Below are positions 1 through 15,040 of a stretch of DNA of 64,000 nucleotides, piece after piece. Source of the stretch: Octopus bimaculoides (taxonomy: Eukaryota); contig NC_068989.1 in the NCBI RefSeq assembly GCF_001194135.2, positions 41,192,234-41,256,233 of the forward strand, read 5' to 3'. The notes under the pieces were generated by a model. That model saw only the letters and a list, made by a program, of their open reading frames with translations, ran no database searches and was not told the origin of the DNA. The stretch's first letter is position 1, and each line of letters begins with the position of its first letter. Position numbers and translations under genes: made by a program.

Positions 1-62
1 GGTATTTCTCCTGCAACTGTCTCACTAGAAATAAGGCATCAGTAGTTTTATATTTATATTTA

Positions 63-98
<36 letters not shown>

Positions 99-2988
99 TG
101 TGTGTTTGTGTCCGTGTCCCCCACCACTGCTTGACAACTGTTGATGATGTGTTTACATTCCCGTAAGTTAGTGGTATGGCAAAAGTGACCTGTACATTAA
201 GAACCAGGCTTAAAAAGAAAATAAGCACGAGGGTCAATTAGTCTGACTAAAAATTCTTCAAGGCAGTGCCCCAGTATGGCTATAGTCTAATAACTGAGAC
301 ATGTAAAAGATAGAAAGATAGACAGATATATATATATATATGTAGATATGCATGTGTATTTGCATGTATCTATACAACACAATGTAAGGGTTGTAAAATA
401 TTCAAAAATATACTCCATTTGGTTCAAACATTATCTGAAAGTAGATTGGATAGATATATTTATTATATCAGAGGTTGACAGTTAACTTACAAATACACTA
501 TAGGCTGAGTTCACAAACATTCACAAATAGTTCAGCTAAGTATGCATGCATGCGCACACGTGTGTTTGTTGTGTGTGCATGTGTGTGTGTGCAAGGGTAA
601 TAAGAGTCACAACACTGCTAATGATAAAAGAAAGATATCATTAATTTATGAATCGTGATTAGGACATAATGAGGCTGAAATTTTGAATAAATTATTTCAG
701 CTCTCTCATTACAAGTAAATATTTTAGATCACATTTCGATAAAAAAAAGATTCCAGCTCATAGGAAAATCTTCCTTCACTGAGAGTGCAACCACTGGTCC
801 ACAAATTCGTTGCATCCTTCAATCCACTTAAAAAATTCCTTCTCCGCTGAACTAGCAAACAGCATTTTTTGTATTGTATTTACTGTCTCATCATTCATAT
901 CTGACACTAAGCATGTTACCCAGTTGTCTGAAACTCCCTTCATGTTAATCTTCATTTACAGATATCACCAATTTGGCATTAGTTCAGTTTAATCCAAACA
1001 TCATCTGCCTTAACATTGCCAGTGACTCCAACGGGCAACAAAGCAATTACTAATAAAAAAAATTACAACAAAAACTACTGTTTTTTTTTAACAATAATTT
1101 AAGCTTAACACCTGATTAAACATCACTAACTCATACTTGGGAGCTCTTAGGAAAGACTACTGTCAGCATTTGTATCAGAAACTTTGTGGATCTTTTCTCG
1201 GTCAGGTTTTCCTGAAGCCATTGGTATAGAGATGTTCAAGATGAACATCAATCACATCAATCTAATTAATCTGGAGTGGTGACCCTGAAAAAGTAATGTA
1301 CAATTCTATCCATTTGACAAACTTATAAAAGAGATATGTGTGTGAGAGAACAAAGGTGTGTGTGTGCAGGAACAGGCAGGCTCTATGGTAACAAAGTTTA
1401 CTCTTCATAATTGTGTGGTTTTGGTTTCCAACCCATTTCATAGCACCATGGATAAATGTTTTCCTCAGACTTGTGGGTGAAATTAGTAGACAGAAATTGT
1501 ATGAAAGATGGTCGTGTGTGTATGAGTGTGTGAATGTTTATTTCCAAATGTCTCACATTGGTACCATTTAGAAGACAGCAATACGTTTACACCTTCTGCA
1601 CACAATGTCCTGTAGCTCAATATGTGAAAAGCAGAGGAATAAAAATATCTCATCTGAAAAACTGTAAGCATTGACAACGGGATGAACATCCAGCCATTGA
1701 ATACTGCCTTGATAAGTTTCATTCAAGTCATTACCAGTACGGTAAAAAACAAAAGTGATATAAAAACATCAATGATGATGACAATGATGATGGTGGTGAT
1801 GATGACATTGTATTCTTAATTGCAAATGGTGTTTTTGAGAAACACATAATCAACAAAATAATCTGTAAAAAGTTAAAAACAAAATCATTTTGAAGAAATA
1901 TGAAAAATTCAACTGAACTTGAAACAATGAAAACTGATAAAGTGTTTTGAGTAGATATGCATAAACATTTTATTACTTTCATGCATATATATATGTATGT
2001 ATATATATATATATATATGCATGTATGTACAGAAATATAACAATATTGTTAAACAAAGTAACAGCTGTAAGAATAATATAACAAACATACAAATAATAAG
2101 TATTTACCCTGATCCAGCTTCTAAAACTATTTAGAGTCCAGTTTTGAGAAATAATTTAAATGCAAAAANNNNNNNNNNNNNNNNNNNNNNNNNNNNNNNN
2201 NNNNNNNNNNNNNNNNNNNNNNNNNNNNNNNNNNNNNNNNNNNNNNNNNNNNNNNNNNNNNNNNNNNNNNNNNNNNNNNNNNNNNNNNNNNNNNNNNNNN
2301 NNNNNNNNNNNNNNNNNNNNNNNNNNNNNNNNNNNNNNNNNNNNNNNNNNNNNNNNNNNNNNNNNNNNNNNNNNNNNNNNNNNNNNNNNNNNNNNNNGAG
2401 CTGGTGCTTGGGAAAGAGAGAAATACCTGAAGTTGGATAATCAGTAAATATAGTAGAGGGAGGAGGACAGAGAGAAAAACCAGGAGTGGTCTGAGAATTA
2501 AACTTAAAAAATAAAAACAAACAGTACCAAGAACCAGAGAGGAATAAATAATTAATAAATGAAAATCCTCTTAAAATGGTATCTGCATTCTTTTTTTGTT
2601 TTGTTCTTTGTGAAAAATCTTTTCCATTTACTTTTTCAAGTCCAGAGAAACCAACAGCAGAAACTGCAAAATGAATATGAAATATACATACATACATATA
2701 TATTTATACAAATGTATATATATATATATACATACACACATGTACATGCATATATGTATGCATGTACATATATGTATGTGTGTGTAAATATAAATGCATA
2801 TATATATATATATATATAAACAGTTTTTCCATAATTTTTCTTCTATTTTGTGCCTTAACAGAATAAGATTTTTTATTAAGATAGTTTTACATGTCACATG
2901 AGCCTTAATGAGAGATTGCCATCACTTCTAAACTTAAGAGGTTCAAATTGTTAATAACAGAAAATTCTGTTTAAAAAGTTGTGTGTGG

Positions 2989-3034
<46 letters not shown>

Positions 3035-6000
3035 GTATGTATATATGTATGTATATATATATGTATGATATATATGATAAAGAGTGCTTAATACATGTTA
3101 TGGTTTATTGATATTAAATGTTTATATCTTGACTTGAGTTTCATGGCGCTGCAGTCTTCATATGAGAACATTTTTACATGTCTTTTACTTCTGTTCTCAC
3201 TTGAAGATTGTAGTGACATGAAACTTGAGTAACCAAATATACATTCAGTTTCAATAAACTATATATCATTATACAGTGCTGCCAGCAACTGTGGACTTGA
3301 GAAGGTTAATCTTTAACATAACTATTTCCAATTTCAACCCTTCATAATAATCATGCATGTCTTAGCAAAAAGTTTAAGTCATAGAGATACAAGCAAGAGA
3401 TTTAGTCAAGTCTCTCACACTCCCTAGTTGGTTATAATAGAAAGCAAACTCAATACAGTATTGTGATACAGCTAATATCAATAGTTTCAATAATTAAACT
3501 TAAGCTTCAAAAATGATATTTTAGGTTGCTGCTTTAACATATTTGATGTTTGATTTTAACATTGAAATGAGTCTTTACTTTTTCACCCCAAATTTTTCAG
3601 TTTGCAAACTTTTAAGTAGTAAATTCTATTTTTCTTTCTCCCAGCAGCTAGGGTTCATAAGGTTGGTACTTGATTTTCAGTTTTTTTTTTTAGTGATAAA
3701 TAGATGAGAGACAAATATTTTCCCTTTGGATAGGATGTGAGTCTCTATCACAGATTAACACTTCAGTTCGACTTAAAGCTGTCTTCCACATACGTAGCTA
3801 GGGCCAATTATCTTTCTCAGAGACACAACAGAATGCCTGGAGTAGAATAGTCACCATGCTCAGACATGGCAATTGTTTAGTAGACTGTATTCAGTTGAAG
3901 GGACACAAATTCAACCAGATCAAATTATTATTAATAATTATTTCAAAAATTGTGGAGATGGTACAAAGAAGTCAGATTTGAAGCATTACAATGTAGAGTT
4001 TCAGGACTTAAATTTCTGAATTCAAATTCTGCTGAGGTTGACTTTGCCTTTCATCCCTTCTTTTGCTGCTAAATTAAGTACCAGTAATATACTGGTATTA
4101 TGTCAATCAACTATAGTCCTTCTCCCTTGCAAATAAATCCTTGAGCCTAGAAACAGAAAACAAAACTCAGTATTTAACTAGTCAATCATGCTAAGATTGT
4201 ATATATTCAAAACATTTAATTCTCAGACAACAAAAGTAAAAATAAAATGGTTTCTTTAATAAATAGAATGAAATGAGTTGCTTTACTGATACTGACAATA
4301 AACAAAACTTTCTTCAATTAATCCTCTATCAATGACTAATATGTCTGAATTTTCTCAGTTTTATTTTGTTTTGTTCTTGAAATGGAAAAAGAAAGGTTTT
4401 ATTGTTCTAGTATTAAATGCTAAAATAACAAGCAGGGTTATGTTTGACCACAAGCAAATCATTAAGTTTTACTCTTTTTACACCTAAGCACAACATACAT
4501 GTAGGTATTTATAAAATGTTTAATAATAATAACAACAACAACAAGATTGTGTCTGAATATATTAAGGCTGCCTATCAAGAAATTCTAGTCCATCCTCTAA
4601 AATAGGCAAGAATCTCCCACATTTCAAGTTAGATGGCATCAATTATCTATTACCTTTTAAAAAAAACTGTATAATCCCCAACCTCAACAAAACTTCCAAG
4701 GCAGCAGGAGATATAAACTGCAAGAATTGAAAAACAAAAAAAAACAAAAACGATTGCCAAAAGACTGACAATCTAAAAAGAATTCCCCCTCCTCTCCCGC
4801 AAATACCTGTTTAACTGATTTTTTTTTTCTTCCTCTGATGACTTCTGTTTAAAAGGATGGTATTTAAAATTATTTTTCTGTCAGAGAAATTTTCATCATG
4901 GAAAGGATCAGAGGTTCAGATTACAGAATTGTACAACAAATGATTGCATCCTATTGATTAAAGTAGATTAATTGAGAATAAAAATATCATTAATGTGGTA
5001 TGAATTAAAACTTCAAAAAAAATCAAAAGAGAGAGTGAGAGAGAGAAGTAAACTGCAAGACTATGATAATGTTTGGAAAAATTATAAATGTCTAAATAAT
5101 TATTCAGATTTTAAAAGGACACTTAATGATACTTAAGAACTGTTTTATTAATTTTACTGGGAGAAAATCAAAACCTATAGCTGAGCAAGATGTTACAAGG
5201 TAGAGCTACTCATAGATGCCTAACATGAACAAATGACCACCCACTACAAAAGAAAAAAAAATGCCTTTCAAGTACCAGCATCTTCAGTAATTCAATGGAA
5301 CTTGAGGAGAACTTCATTTCAAGAAAACCAAACAAAACGAGGTTAACAAAACTTCAGTTGTGAACAAGCCCCCTCTTTGTTTGAATGAAACACAGGAGTT
5401 CAACCTTAATGATGGATCAGAAGTTTAGATTACAGAATAGCTGTAATAATACAATTCTATATTTCTAAGATGGGGAATTTATGTACACTGTTTACATTAA
5501 TTGGGGTGATGTCCTTATCTTGATTGTTGTTTTCATTATGTTTTAGCAGTGTACATTCCAGCCTTCTTCAGGTGTCTTGTGATTCACCTTAGTGGCTTGC
5601 CTGGGATTGAACTCAGAACGTCTAGGGGTACATAGCTGTAATAGTTATATACTACAGGTACTGGAGACTAAACCTGTGATTTGGGAATCAAAACATATTC
5701 ACTTATTTTAAAATGTGGAATTTCTAACACAAACTAAAAAAATACACACAAAATTGAAAGCAAAGCACTTAGTTGTGTCTCATTTCCAAATATGTCTTTC
5801 AAAATAATGATTTCAAATTTTGGCACAAGGCCACCAATGTTAGAAGGGGGGACAAGTCAGTTACATCAACCCCCAGAGATCAACTGGTACTTATTTTATT
5901 GATCACGAAAGGATGAAAGGCAAAGTTGACTGCAGTGGAATTTTGACTCAGAATATGACGAGCCAACATGCTAATAATTCTGCCAGCTAATGGTAGATAA

Positions 6001-8871
6001 TTAAAACAGTAGTGTGTAAAACAGCAAAATATTAATTAAATAACTGGTAAGATAACAACAGTTTTCACCCCTTCGTTATCGTATTCCTATTCAAAATACA
6101 TCACCTTTGCTTCAATTAATTTTGAAAATATTGAAGAATTTAGTGAAATAACCTTGTCATTATGAAAATGATGTTTTAAACAAATTAGCATGAAAGAAAG
6201 TTTTGATTTAGATCACATTATCATATAACCAGGAGTGGTCTCAGATGGGCTGATATTATAAGGATTAAACCAGCAGGTAGGTTATTGGAGACATCCGAGT
6301 TTGGCTGTGGTTTTGGTTAGCATTAGAAAAAAATCTACTCAGCTAGGCAAACAAAATAATTTAAGCACTTTCAAACTGATATTTAACAAAACACAATCCA
6401 CTATTGTTATCAATATTATTATTGTTATAATTGGCCAGCACCGGTCTGAAAAGAGAAAAGTTTTGTTTTTATTTATTGTTGAAGGTTTTTATTGAGTCCA
6501 AGTCAATATTTTCTGAGTATTCTGAATTCAAATTTTGTTTAAAGTTGGGATGGTATATAAAGTACCAGTAATATATTTAGGATTCAGTAGATTGATAACA
6601 TATTATTCTGTTATCATAATCAGGCTTCAAATCTAAAAAATAATTATCATTATTATTATTATTATCATCATCATCATTATGCAATTTGACTCAGGCTTAT
6701 TCTTATTCCAAGTGGAATTTATGTTGATTGCAGGTTACAATATGTAACCTTAGATATCCACAAGCTTTAAATAATCTATTATCATCATCATTATTATTAT
6801 CATCATCATCATTATTATTGCTGCTACTGCTGTAATTTCAAATGGAGAAAAGAAACGTGTGTTGAATTGAAACAAGTCATTTTTTTGTTGGTTTAGCTTT
6901 CATTGTTCCATTTCTACACAAAACTGCTTCTGACTGGTCAGCTTTGACCCAAACTTGAGAGCAATGGTTGATTGGCAAATGAAAGTAGTTCACTTACAGT
7001 TAGTTATAGAGAAAGATAAACGTGAATAATTAGATATAACAATTAACTAATTGAAATGATTACCAGAGTTGATTCTTATGAACTGAATGTAATTAGTGAT
7101 TGAAACTTTGGAATTATAAAGTGTGATTAATAATTTGTGAATCTATGAAATTTTTTTGCTTCATTTTTTTTTTTTTTCGTATCTGTATGAACATTGTTTA
7201 TAGTGGTTAAAAGTGATTTCTTTTTAGACTTTTTAAAAATTTTTAGTGGATGGGGTATTTGACAGTGTTAGATGAATACGGAATAAACTTGATAAGTTCT
7301 GGTAGCTAAAAGACAGCAAAGAATAATAGTACACAGAATAAAAAAGAATGAATATTATGAAATATGACTAGAATGATGAAACTATATATATATATATATA
7401 TACATGTGTGTGTGTGTGTGTTTTTATATATGTAAGTTTATATATATGTGTGTGTTTTTTTTTATATACACACATACACCAACACACACATATATATATA
7501 CATGATTTAAAAGTGGATACAGTCTGAAGAGAGATACAACTTTGTAACAATATCACATGATAAATGTATCACAGTAAACAGACATAATCAAAAAAATGTT
7601 AATATCACAACAAGAAATAATTCAGATATAACATGAAATTTAAGAAAAAAAAACATAGACACTATATCATCTATAATGGTTGCTGATGGTTGTATATAAT
7701 GTATAACAATGAGTGAGGGGAGTGACCCAACCCATTTGTAGAGCATAATACCATAATGAAAGAGAAAGAAACTAAAATGAACAGTTTATGTCTCAGTCAA
7801 TTTGAGGAAGAGATTTGCTTTCTCAGAGGTGCTTTTAAGCATGGGGGAAAACACCTAATTTTTAAGATGTAGAATACTTAAGATACCAATGAAAAACTTT
7901 ATTAAATTAGAACACATGTTCAAGAATTGGTTTAATCCTAACATTACATCACTATATTAATACGTTTTTGTTTTTTTAATTCATGGCCTTCAAAAATCAT
8001 GGCTGTCAATACTTCATAATTAAACTTCCATCTAGATTCATTTCATAGCTGTAAACAATTAAACAACTGGAATTAAGCAATAAAATTTTATTTCTATGTA
8101 GTTATTTTGCTAACTCAATATATCCTTCATATACATCCAAATATCCTTCATAAAAATCCATATTTGTATTCAAAGCTTGGGAAATAAGTCTTTAAATTTT
8201 CTCAATCTTAATACATCACCATGTCACACAATAATGTTTTCTGAGACATGCACTGGGCAAAGTTTGGGGAATGGATAGAGTCACTCTTAATCAAACCCCT
8301 TGTATCTGACTGGTACTTCATTTTATCAACTCATACTTTTGTATATGACTGGTGTTTTATTATATAAACCTTATACCCTTACTTGACTGGTACTTTATTT
8401 TAGCGATCCTCTCTCAGTACTTAACTAGTTCTTCCTTTTGTCATCCCTTTACTTGTACTTAACTGCTACTTCATTTTACCAATTTTCCTAGAAAGATAAA
8501 ATGCATAGTGGATTTCAAAAGGGTTTGAACTTGGAACGTCAGAAGTCATTTTGGTGTTTGCTCTAGTTTCCACAGTTGTTTGATACACCAGTTGAACTAC
8601 TCAATGAAATTGCAAACAAAGTAGTTGCGTATTCCATAGACACTTGTATCCTTTACCTAATTCTCAAGTGGAATCAGTATAATATAATGTGTGGCAATAC
8701 TGAATTTTTGAATTACAGGTATAAACCATCTGACAGGCTTCTGCAGTTTCCATCAACCAAAATTTCCTCACAAGGTTTGGATCTACCCAAGGCTGCAGTA
8801 AAGAACTCCAAAGTCACTGTCAAACTTTTCCTTGTAAAACTCAATATGTACTCTACTAAAAAGTGTGGAGG

Positions 8872-9110
8872 TGAGTAGCTTAGTGGTTAGGGTGTTTGGT
8901 TCATGATTGTAAGATTGTGGTTTCAATTCCTGAATTATTGTGTTCTTGAGCAAAACACTTCATTTTACATTACTCCAGCTCACTCAAAAGGCAAAAATGA
9001 GTAATCCAGTGATGGGCCAGCATCCCGTCCAAGACTGGGGCGGAATACATGTGCCACAGAAACCAGTTAGCCAGCCCTATGAGACTATATGACTCAGAAA
9101 GGATCTCTCA
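8872..9110 (+). mobile_element. tRNA-headed SINE family B, diverged
   Basis: tagcttagtggttaggg...ggtttcaattcc...gttcttgagcaaaacacttcatttta; same layout as the 19165 copy. Confidence 0.75.
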
Positions 9111-9613
9111 CTAAAAAGTATTGAGATATTCTTCAGATTAATGTTAAACTGCTTTTATATATAGCCTCACATAAAAACAAACATTAACATATCTATATAT
9201 AGTCATTATTTGTAAGAAAGAGGAAAATAATTATCAAACCAATATCAGTGAAAGACTTAAATGATATTACAATTATAAGAAAAAAAGAAAATAAAACAAA
9301 GTGGAAGAGTTTGGCAACCATGAAATTGATTAGTTAGGGCACATGAAGAAAACACTAACATAATCACACAAAATTTTAAATTATCACAACTACACACTTG
9401 ATTCAGTAAAACTTTTATACACATACATTTATAAATAAACAANNNNNNNNNNTATATATATAATTAAAGGTAGAGTTATAATACCATGTTATGTAAGCTG
9501 AGTTTTTTTCAGCTTTGATAAAATAGTATATATTTGTGGAAGTGATAGGTTCAATGGAACATTGTCAGCCCACTTAGAATAAAGAACTCAAAGCAAGAAA
9601 TCTGAGAACCAAG

Positions 9614-9725
9614 ATATTCAACCCATAACCATGAGTCTGACATAATATATTTTGTTTCATCCCTGATAAAGCCTTCTGATGGAACAAAATATATTTTGTC
9701 AGACTCACAGTTATGGATTAAATAT
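9614..9725. repeat. Hairpin, 48-bp arms (42/48), 16-nt loop
   Basis: atattcaacccataaccatgagtctgacataatatattttgtttcatc versus the reverse complement of 9678-9725. Confidence 0.85.
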
Positions 9726-10289
9726 ATATTTATATATCATATGTATATAACACAAAACCATTCAAATTGTTTATGGCAACTAATTTTTGGCCCTTTGACA
9801 AAACCTCTCAGTGAGTGAGGTGGGCAAATGATTTAGATAACTCTCCATTGCTCCAACCAAATCTTCAGGTTTCAGTAATATCATTACCAAGAACTGCCCT
9901 ATAGTAATAAGACTGAATAAATAACATCACATATGATAATATCTAAGATATGGTGATACTAATACAATTTTGACCCCTTGATTGTTGGGTGAGGAGGGTT
10001 AGAACATTATAATATGATGTTGTTTCAGGAATCCCACAATGCTTCAATATTCTGCAATTGTTCTACTACTGTCCATTTCAGTAATTTGTAAAATTCTGTG
10101 GATTCATAAAAACTTTGGTTATTATTGAGGCATCAGAAAACCACTCAAAAAAAATATTCTTGATAATCCACAGAATCTGAGCAATACAAAAGGTATTCCA
10201 GATCCTTACCAAAAAGGAAGTGTATAGTACAGTGTCTTGATGGTGATAATAAGGGTGGTAGATTAGCAAAAAAAAAAAAAAAAAATCAG

Positions 10290-10675
10290 GGAAAAAGGAT
10301 TTGCAGTATTAGTTTCAACTGTTTACATTCTGAGTTCAAATCCTGCCAGAGTCAGTTTTGCTTTCCATCCTTTTTTTTTCTTTTTTGGTGGTGGTGGGGT
10401 TTCAATCTAATTGATAAACACTCTCCTCCAAAATTTCAAGCCTTGTGCCTAAGTTACAAAATAACGATGATAATTATTTCTAATAAAAAGCACTAAGCCT
10501 GGGGGCACAGATTAGTCAATTACATCAACCCCAGTACTCGGGTAGTACTTTATTTTATTGATCCTGAAAGGATGAAAAAGCAAAGTTGATCTCAGCAGGA
10601 TTTGAATTCATAATATAAAAAACATTAACAGTATTTTGTCTGACACTCTGATGGTTCTGCTACCTACCACCCTAA
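10290..10675. mobile_element. Two SINE family A copies, tail to tail (plus then minus)
   Basis: ctgagttcaaatcc...ctttccatcc on plus; gaaaggatgaaaaagcaaagttgatctcagcaggatttgaattca on minus. Confidence 0.7.
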
Positions 10676-12611
10676 TAATAATAATAATAATAATAACAAC
10701 AACAATAACAACAACAATAATAACAACAGTGCAACATTGTTCCTTGATGTCGGTGTAGAGGAAATCAAATCTCTTGATAGTAAAGTTTCACACCACAGAT
10801 GATTGATCTGTTTGTCAAAGAATACAGATCAATATTAAATTGTTCTTTTACATAGAGGAACAGATCAGTAATGAGTTGTCCCCTTATTAAGCAGTTCAAT
10901 AATAAACTGTCTCAGCATGAAGCCATAACTTCTCATTCCTATTTCTCTTGTGCCTCACGTTCCTTAACAGAGCAGTTAATATTGTACAGAAGGTAGAGAA
11001 TCAGTTTATTGTAATCTGGTTGAGGGCTTCGTGTTTCTGGACTCAAAATCTTGCTGGGAGTAGACTTTCATCTTTTTCTTTCCCATCATAGAGAAATGAA
11101 ATATATACCAGTAATATACTGAGGTTGACCCATACAATTGTACTCCCACCTCCATCCACAGCTTTCTTTCTCCATCAAAATAAAAATTTAATTTTAAAAT
11201 ATCCCAAAAGAGTATTTTGCTTAAGAAAGTTAAGAAAGTAATAATAATGAGATCCCTTTAAATACCTGAGATTTTTTAACCCAGAATTATACACAAGCAA
11301 TAACATGCAAATAAGCAACGAAATAAGCTAAGATTAGAATGCACTGTGGTGGGGGTTGAATTGGGATGTGTTTGAGGTGGAATTTGAATGTAGAATGTAA
11401 AGTGACATAAATATAAACTGCAAAGCTTTTGATCATTCTCTGCACCTTCAATAATTGAGGATTTGTACAGCACATGCATAAATCTATCACTGCCAGGAGG
11501 TTAAACTTAATTTTTATAGATTAATTATTAAAAGTACGTAGAAATTACAGATATAACTCTGTGGTTTATAGCTCAGTACTCCTTTTCTCTGAAAAGTATT
11601 TTACAAATGATATTTTAATCAAACATAAGCTAATTCTGCACTATATTTCCTTATATTGTCTCATCCAGCATGTGTCTCTTTTCAATTATTCGCATAGATT
11701 AATGTTCCTCTGTGTAAAAGTTTTTATGGAAATTACTAAAGATGAAGACTAATATAATAAAATCATATTAGTCTTTGGCACACCATTAGTCATATTTCTA
11801 CTCACTGATCTAACAATGTTCTATTTGAATTGTAATTCCAACAAAGATTTTCTTTTTTTTTAAATATGTTTAGAACATAAATTTTGTACATGGCTTAAAT
11901 ATTTTATTTCTCAGGAAAATTACAATCCCACTTTAAACACCCAGCAACCCCATTCAATCCACTGCAACCCCTTGACATCAACTGCCCTGATTAAGAAACA
12001 CTGGTGTAACCTGTCCTATGAGAAAACTTGCCAGATAAAAAAGCCAGAGAAACTAAGAATGTACCAATAGCTAGGTTTAGAAATATATGAAAGGTAGAGA
12101 TGAGAAAACTTGGAAACTGTGGCAGTTGTGTTTAATTGTTCAGGCTGAGAAATTAGGAAAGGAAATGGATGAAATAATACACATATATGTGGAGAGAAAA
12201 CTGTAGTGAGAAAGTGAATGCCATAAAAGACATTGTCTGGAATTATCTACAGAGACTGAAATTCCTATTTCCAGAGTCCAAACAAAATTTTGGTAAACAG
12301 GTATATTCTGCTTACTACTACAAGAAGTAATGATATAAGCACAGGGACTGAAATTNNNNNNNNNNNNNNNNNNNNNNNNNNNNNNNNNNNNNNNNNNNNN
12401 NNNNNNNNNNNNNNNNNNNNNNNNNNNNNNNNNNNNNNNNNNNNNNNNNNNNNNNNNNNNNNNNNNNNNNNNNNNNNNNNNNNNNNNNNNNNNNNNNNNN
12501 NNNNNNNNNNNNNNNNNNNNNNNNNNNNNNNNNNNNNNNNNNNNNNNNNNNNNNNNNNNNNNNNNNNNNNNNNNNNNNNNNNNNNNNNNNNNNNNNNNNN
12601 NNNNNNNNNNN

Positions 12612-12657
<46 letters not shown>

Positions 12658-14569
12658 TGTTTCTAACATAAGCACAAGACCTGAAATTTTAGAGGAAGGG
12701 GGTTAATTGATTAAATCGACCTTGATACTTGATTAACACTTTATTTTGTGAACCCTGGGATGTTGAAATACATAGCTGACTGTGGTGGAATTTGAATTCA
12801 GAATGTAAAGATCTGGAAAAAATTCTGCCAATCCAGTAGGTTTGTTGGCTTAACAGTTCTGCAATGCAGATGAGTTTTATAGTTTAATGATTGAATGTTA
12901 ATTGATCAAGAATAACTTTATTCACAATCCAAGCATTAATCTCAACAATATGCCTATTTCTCAATTCATACAGCTGAAAGACAGTTTCTCTAAATTGAGA
13001 GACAATTGTATAGTGTTTGGTGTTTTTGTTGTAATCATCGTTTAGCCCCAGGCTAGTACTGACTGAACAGGTCTATGAAAGAAGGCATTCCAGCTATGAT
13101 GATCTCATTTTTTTTTTGTATATCAAGGACTATACTATCCCATATGTCCTTCATTTTTCAATATATAGGTTGTGGTTTGAGGAAGAATTAGCTGTTATTT
13201 TAGCAAGTAGAGCTAATGTGTTGGCTTGATGTCATACTGCTTATTTTATAGATGACTGGATTTGATATTGCAAAATCACTCAGCCATGGAGTGTTGCTGT
13301 AGAGCTTGTTTGTCAGCTAGGCAAACAGTGGCAAGCATAAATGAATAGATGTCTTATTCTAAGGATAAATATAATATATAAAAATCAAAGAGTTTCAGAC
13401 AGCAGAGCTGAGAGAATACAGAACTACCAACACTCTGAATTCAGTCTTAGCAATATTGCAGTGTATCTATGCTTTTGATATTTAAATCTCAATGGAAAAG
13501 TTCACCTATCTGGAAGTACCAGATGACAATGTGTGTAGCTAGGACACTAAAAGCAGCAATAATACTGTGAAACTGCCATAGATATAGTATTTATTTTGAC
13601 TGTCCATGAGTAAAGCTTGTGAAGAGATGAACTGTATTTGATGAGATCACATTAGAAATTCAAAATACTTCATAAAGATTCTGTCAAGTGATGTAAACCT
13701 TATGAACTAATTAGTTTTGAGATACTTCAAACTAAAATACAGTGATAACTAACCCTAAAACACTTTGGTAACTAATGCCAAAACTTGAGTACAACCAGAC
13801 TCCACTGTGGTAAGACATGAAAATCTAAAGATATTCTTTATAGATTTTAGTTGCTTTTAGCTAGAAAATTTGAAACAATAATATCGACCTTGAAACGACC
13901 TACTTAGATTTTGTTTGTGTTTCATATGTGTGTATATAATTTAGCATGAGTTTGTATATACAAGTATACATGTGAGAGAGTGCAAATATATAATGGGACC
14001 TTGGGTAAGTTCTTCTGCTGTAACTCTCGTTAAGGACCTCAGAGAATCTGAGAAACTGGATAAATATTTCTGAAAATATTTAATTAAGTGGTTTGAGAAT
14101 TAGGTTTTAATCTGAACTGCAAGAAATAGCTGGCAATTTCCTTGAAATCCACCTTTATTATCTTGAAACCAAAAGAAGAAACAAATGGACAGTGTTATCC
14201 TTGGTATGAAAAAACTGGCTAGCCATAGGTGGAATGCTTTTGATTAAATGTGAAATCATGACTGCACGGGGACTAAACAACTAGGTTCCATGTTGTTGAA
14301 AAATAGTCATTTAAGATTAGTATGAAAAAGGAATCCAGTTTGAAGATTTAGGGTTAGAGAGATGTGATGAGATTCAAGTGCATGTTGCTGTATCTGTATG
14401 TCAGTGTATGTGTGTGAGTGTGTTGTGTATGTATGCATGCATGTGTGTGTGTGTTTATGAGTATGTGTAAAACAAAAATAAGAGCAATTATTTTACTGTA
14501 AACTTTAAAACATATGATATTAAAAATAAATCAAAGAACTGAACCTTCGTTCTTATTTTCATTTGTAAC

Positions 14570-14583
14570 ATCATTATTATTAA

Positions 14584-14631
<48 letters not shown>

Positions 14632-14994
14632 TTTTCACCCTTCCTCCTAAGGTTTTATATTCCCTCCCTACACTCAGGTAGAAATATCCAATTAATAAAA
14701 GAAAATTATAAAAACGTTATTAAGTCACAGAAACAAAACTAAGAACATAATTAGGATGTCATTGTTAAGGACATCAGAGCGAAATTCCCTAACACCACTG
14801 CTCTCCATGAGACATCATTGCTATACTCTCTAAATCAGCATCGACATCGTCAAGAAGCCAAGGAGCATGCTTTACAACAGCAGACAATAAGTTGTCTAAG
14901 AAAGCTTTCTGTTGACTAGCTTCTGCAGTCTTCTCCTTCAGTTCTTCTAAAAGGTCTTCCTGAAAATAAACAAGAAAAAAAAGCGTGTATGTGA

Positions 14995-15040
<46 letters not shown>

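Noticed and set aside
8576-8878. 100-aa plus-strand ORF
   Set aside because: It includes repeat-derived sequence and ends in a SINE head; no motif.
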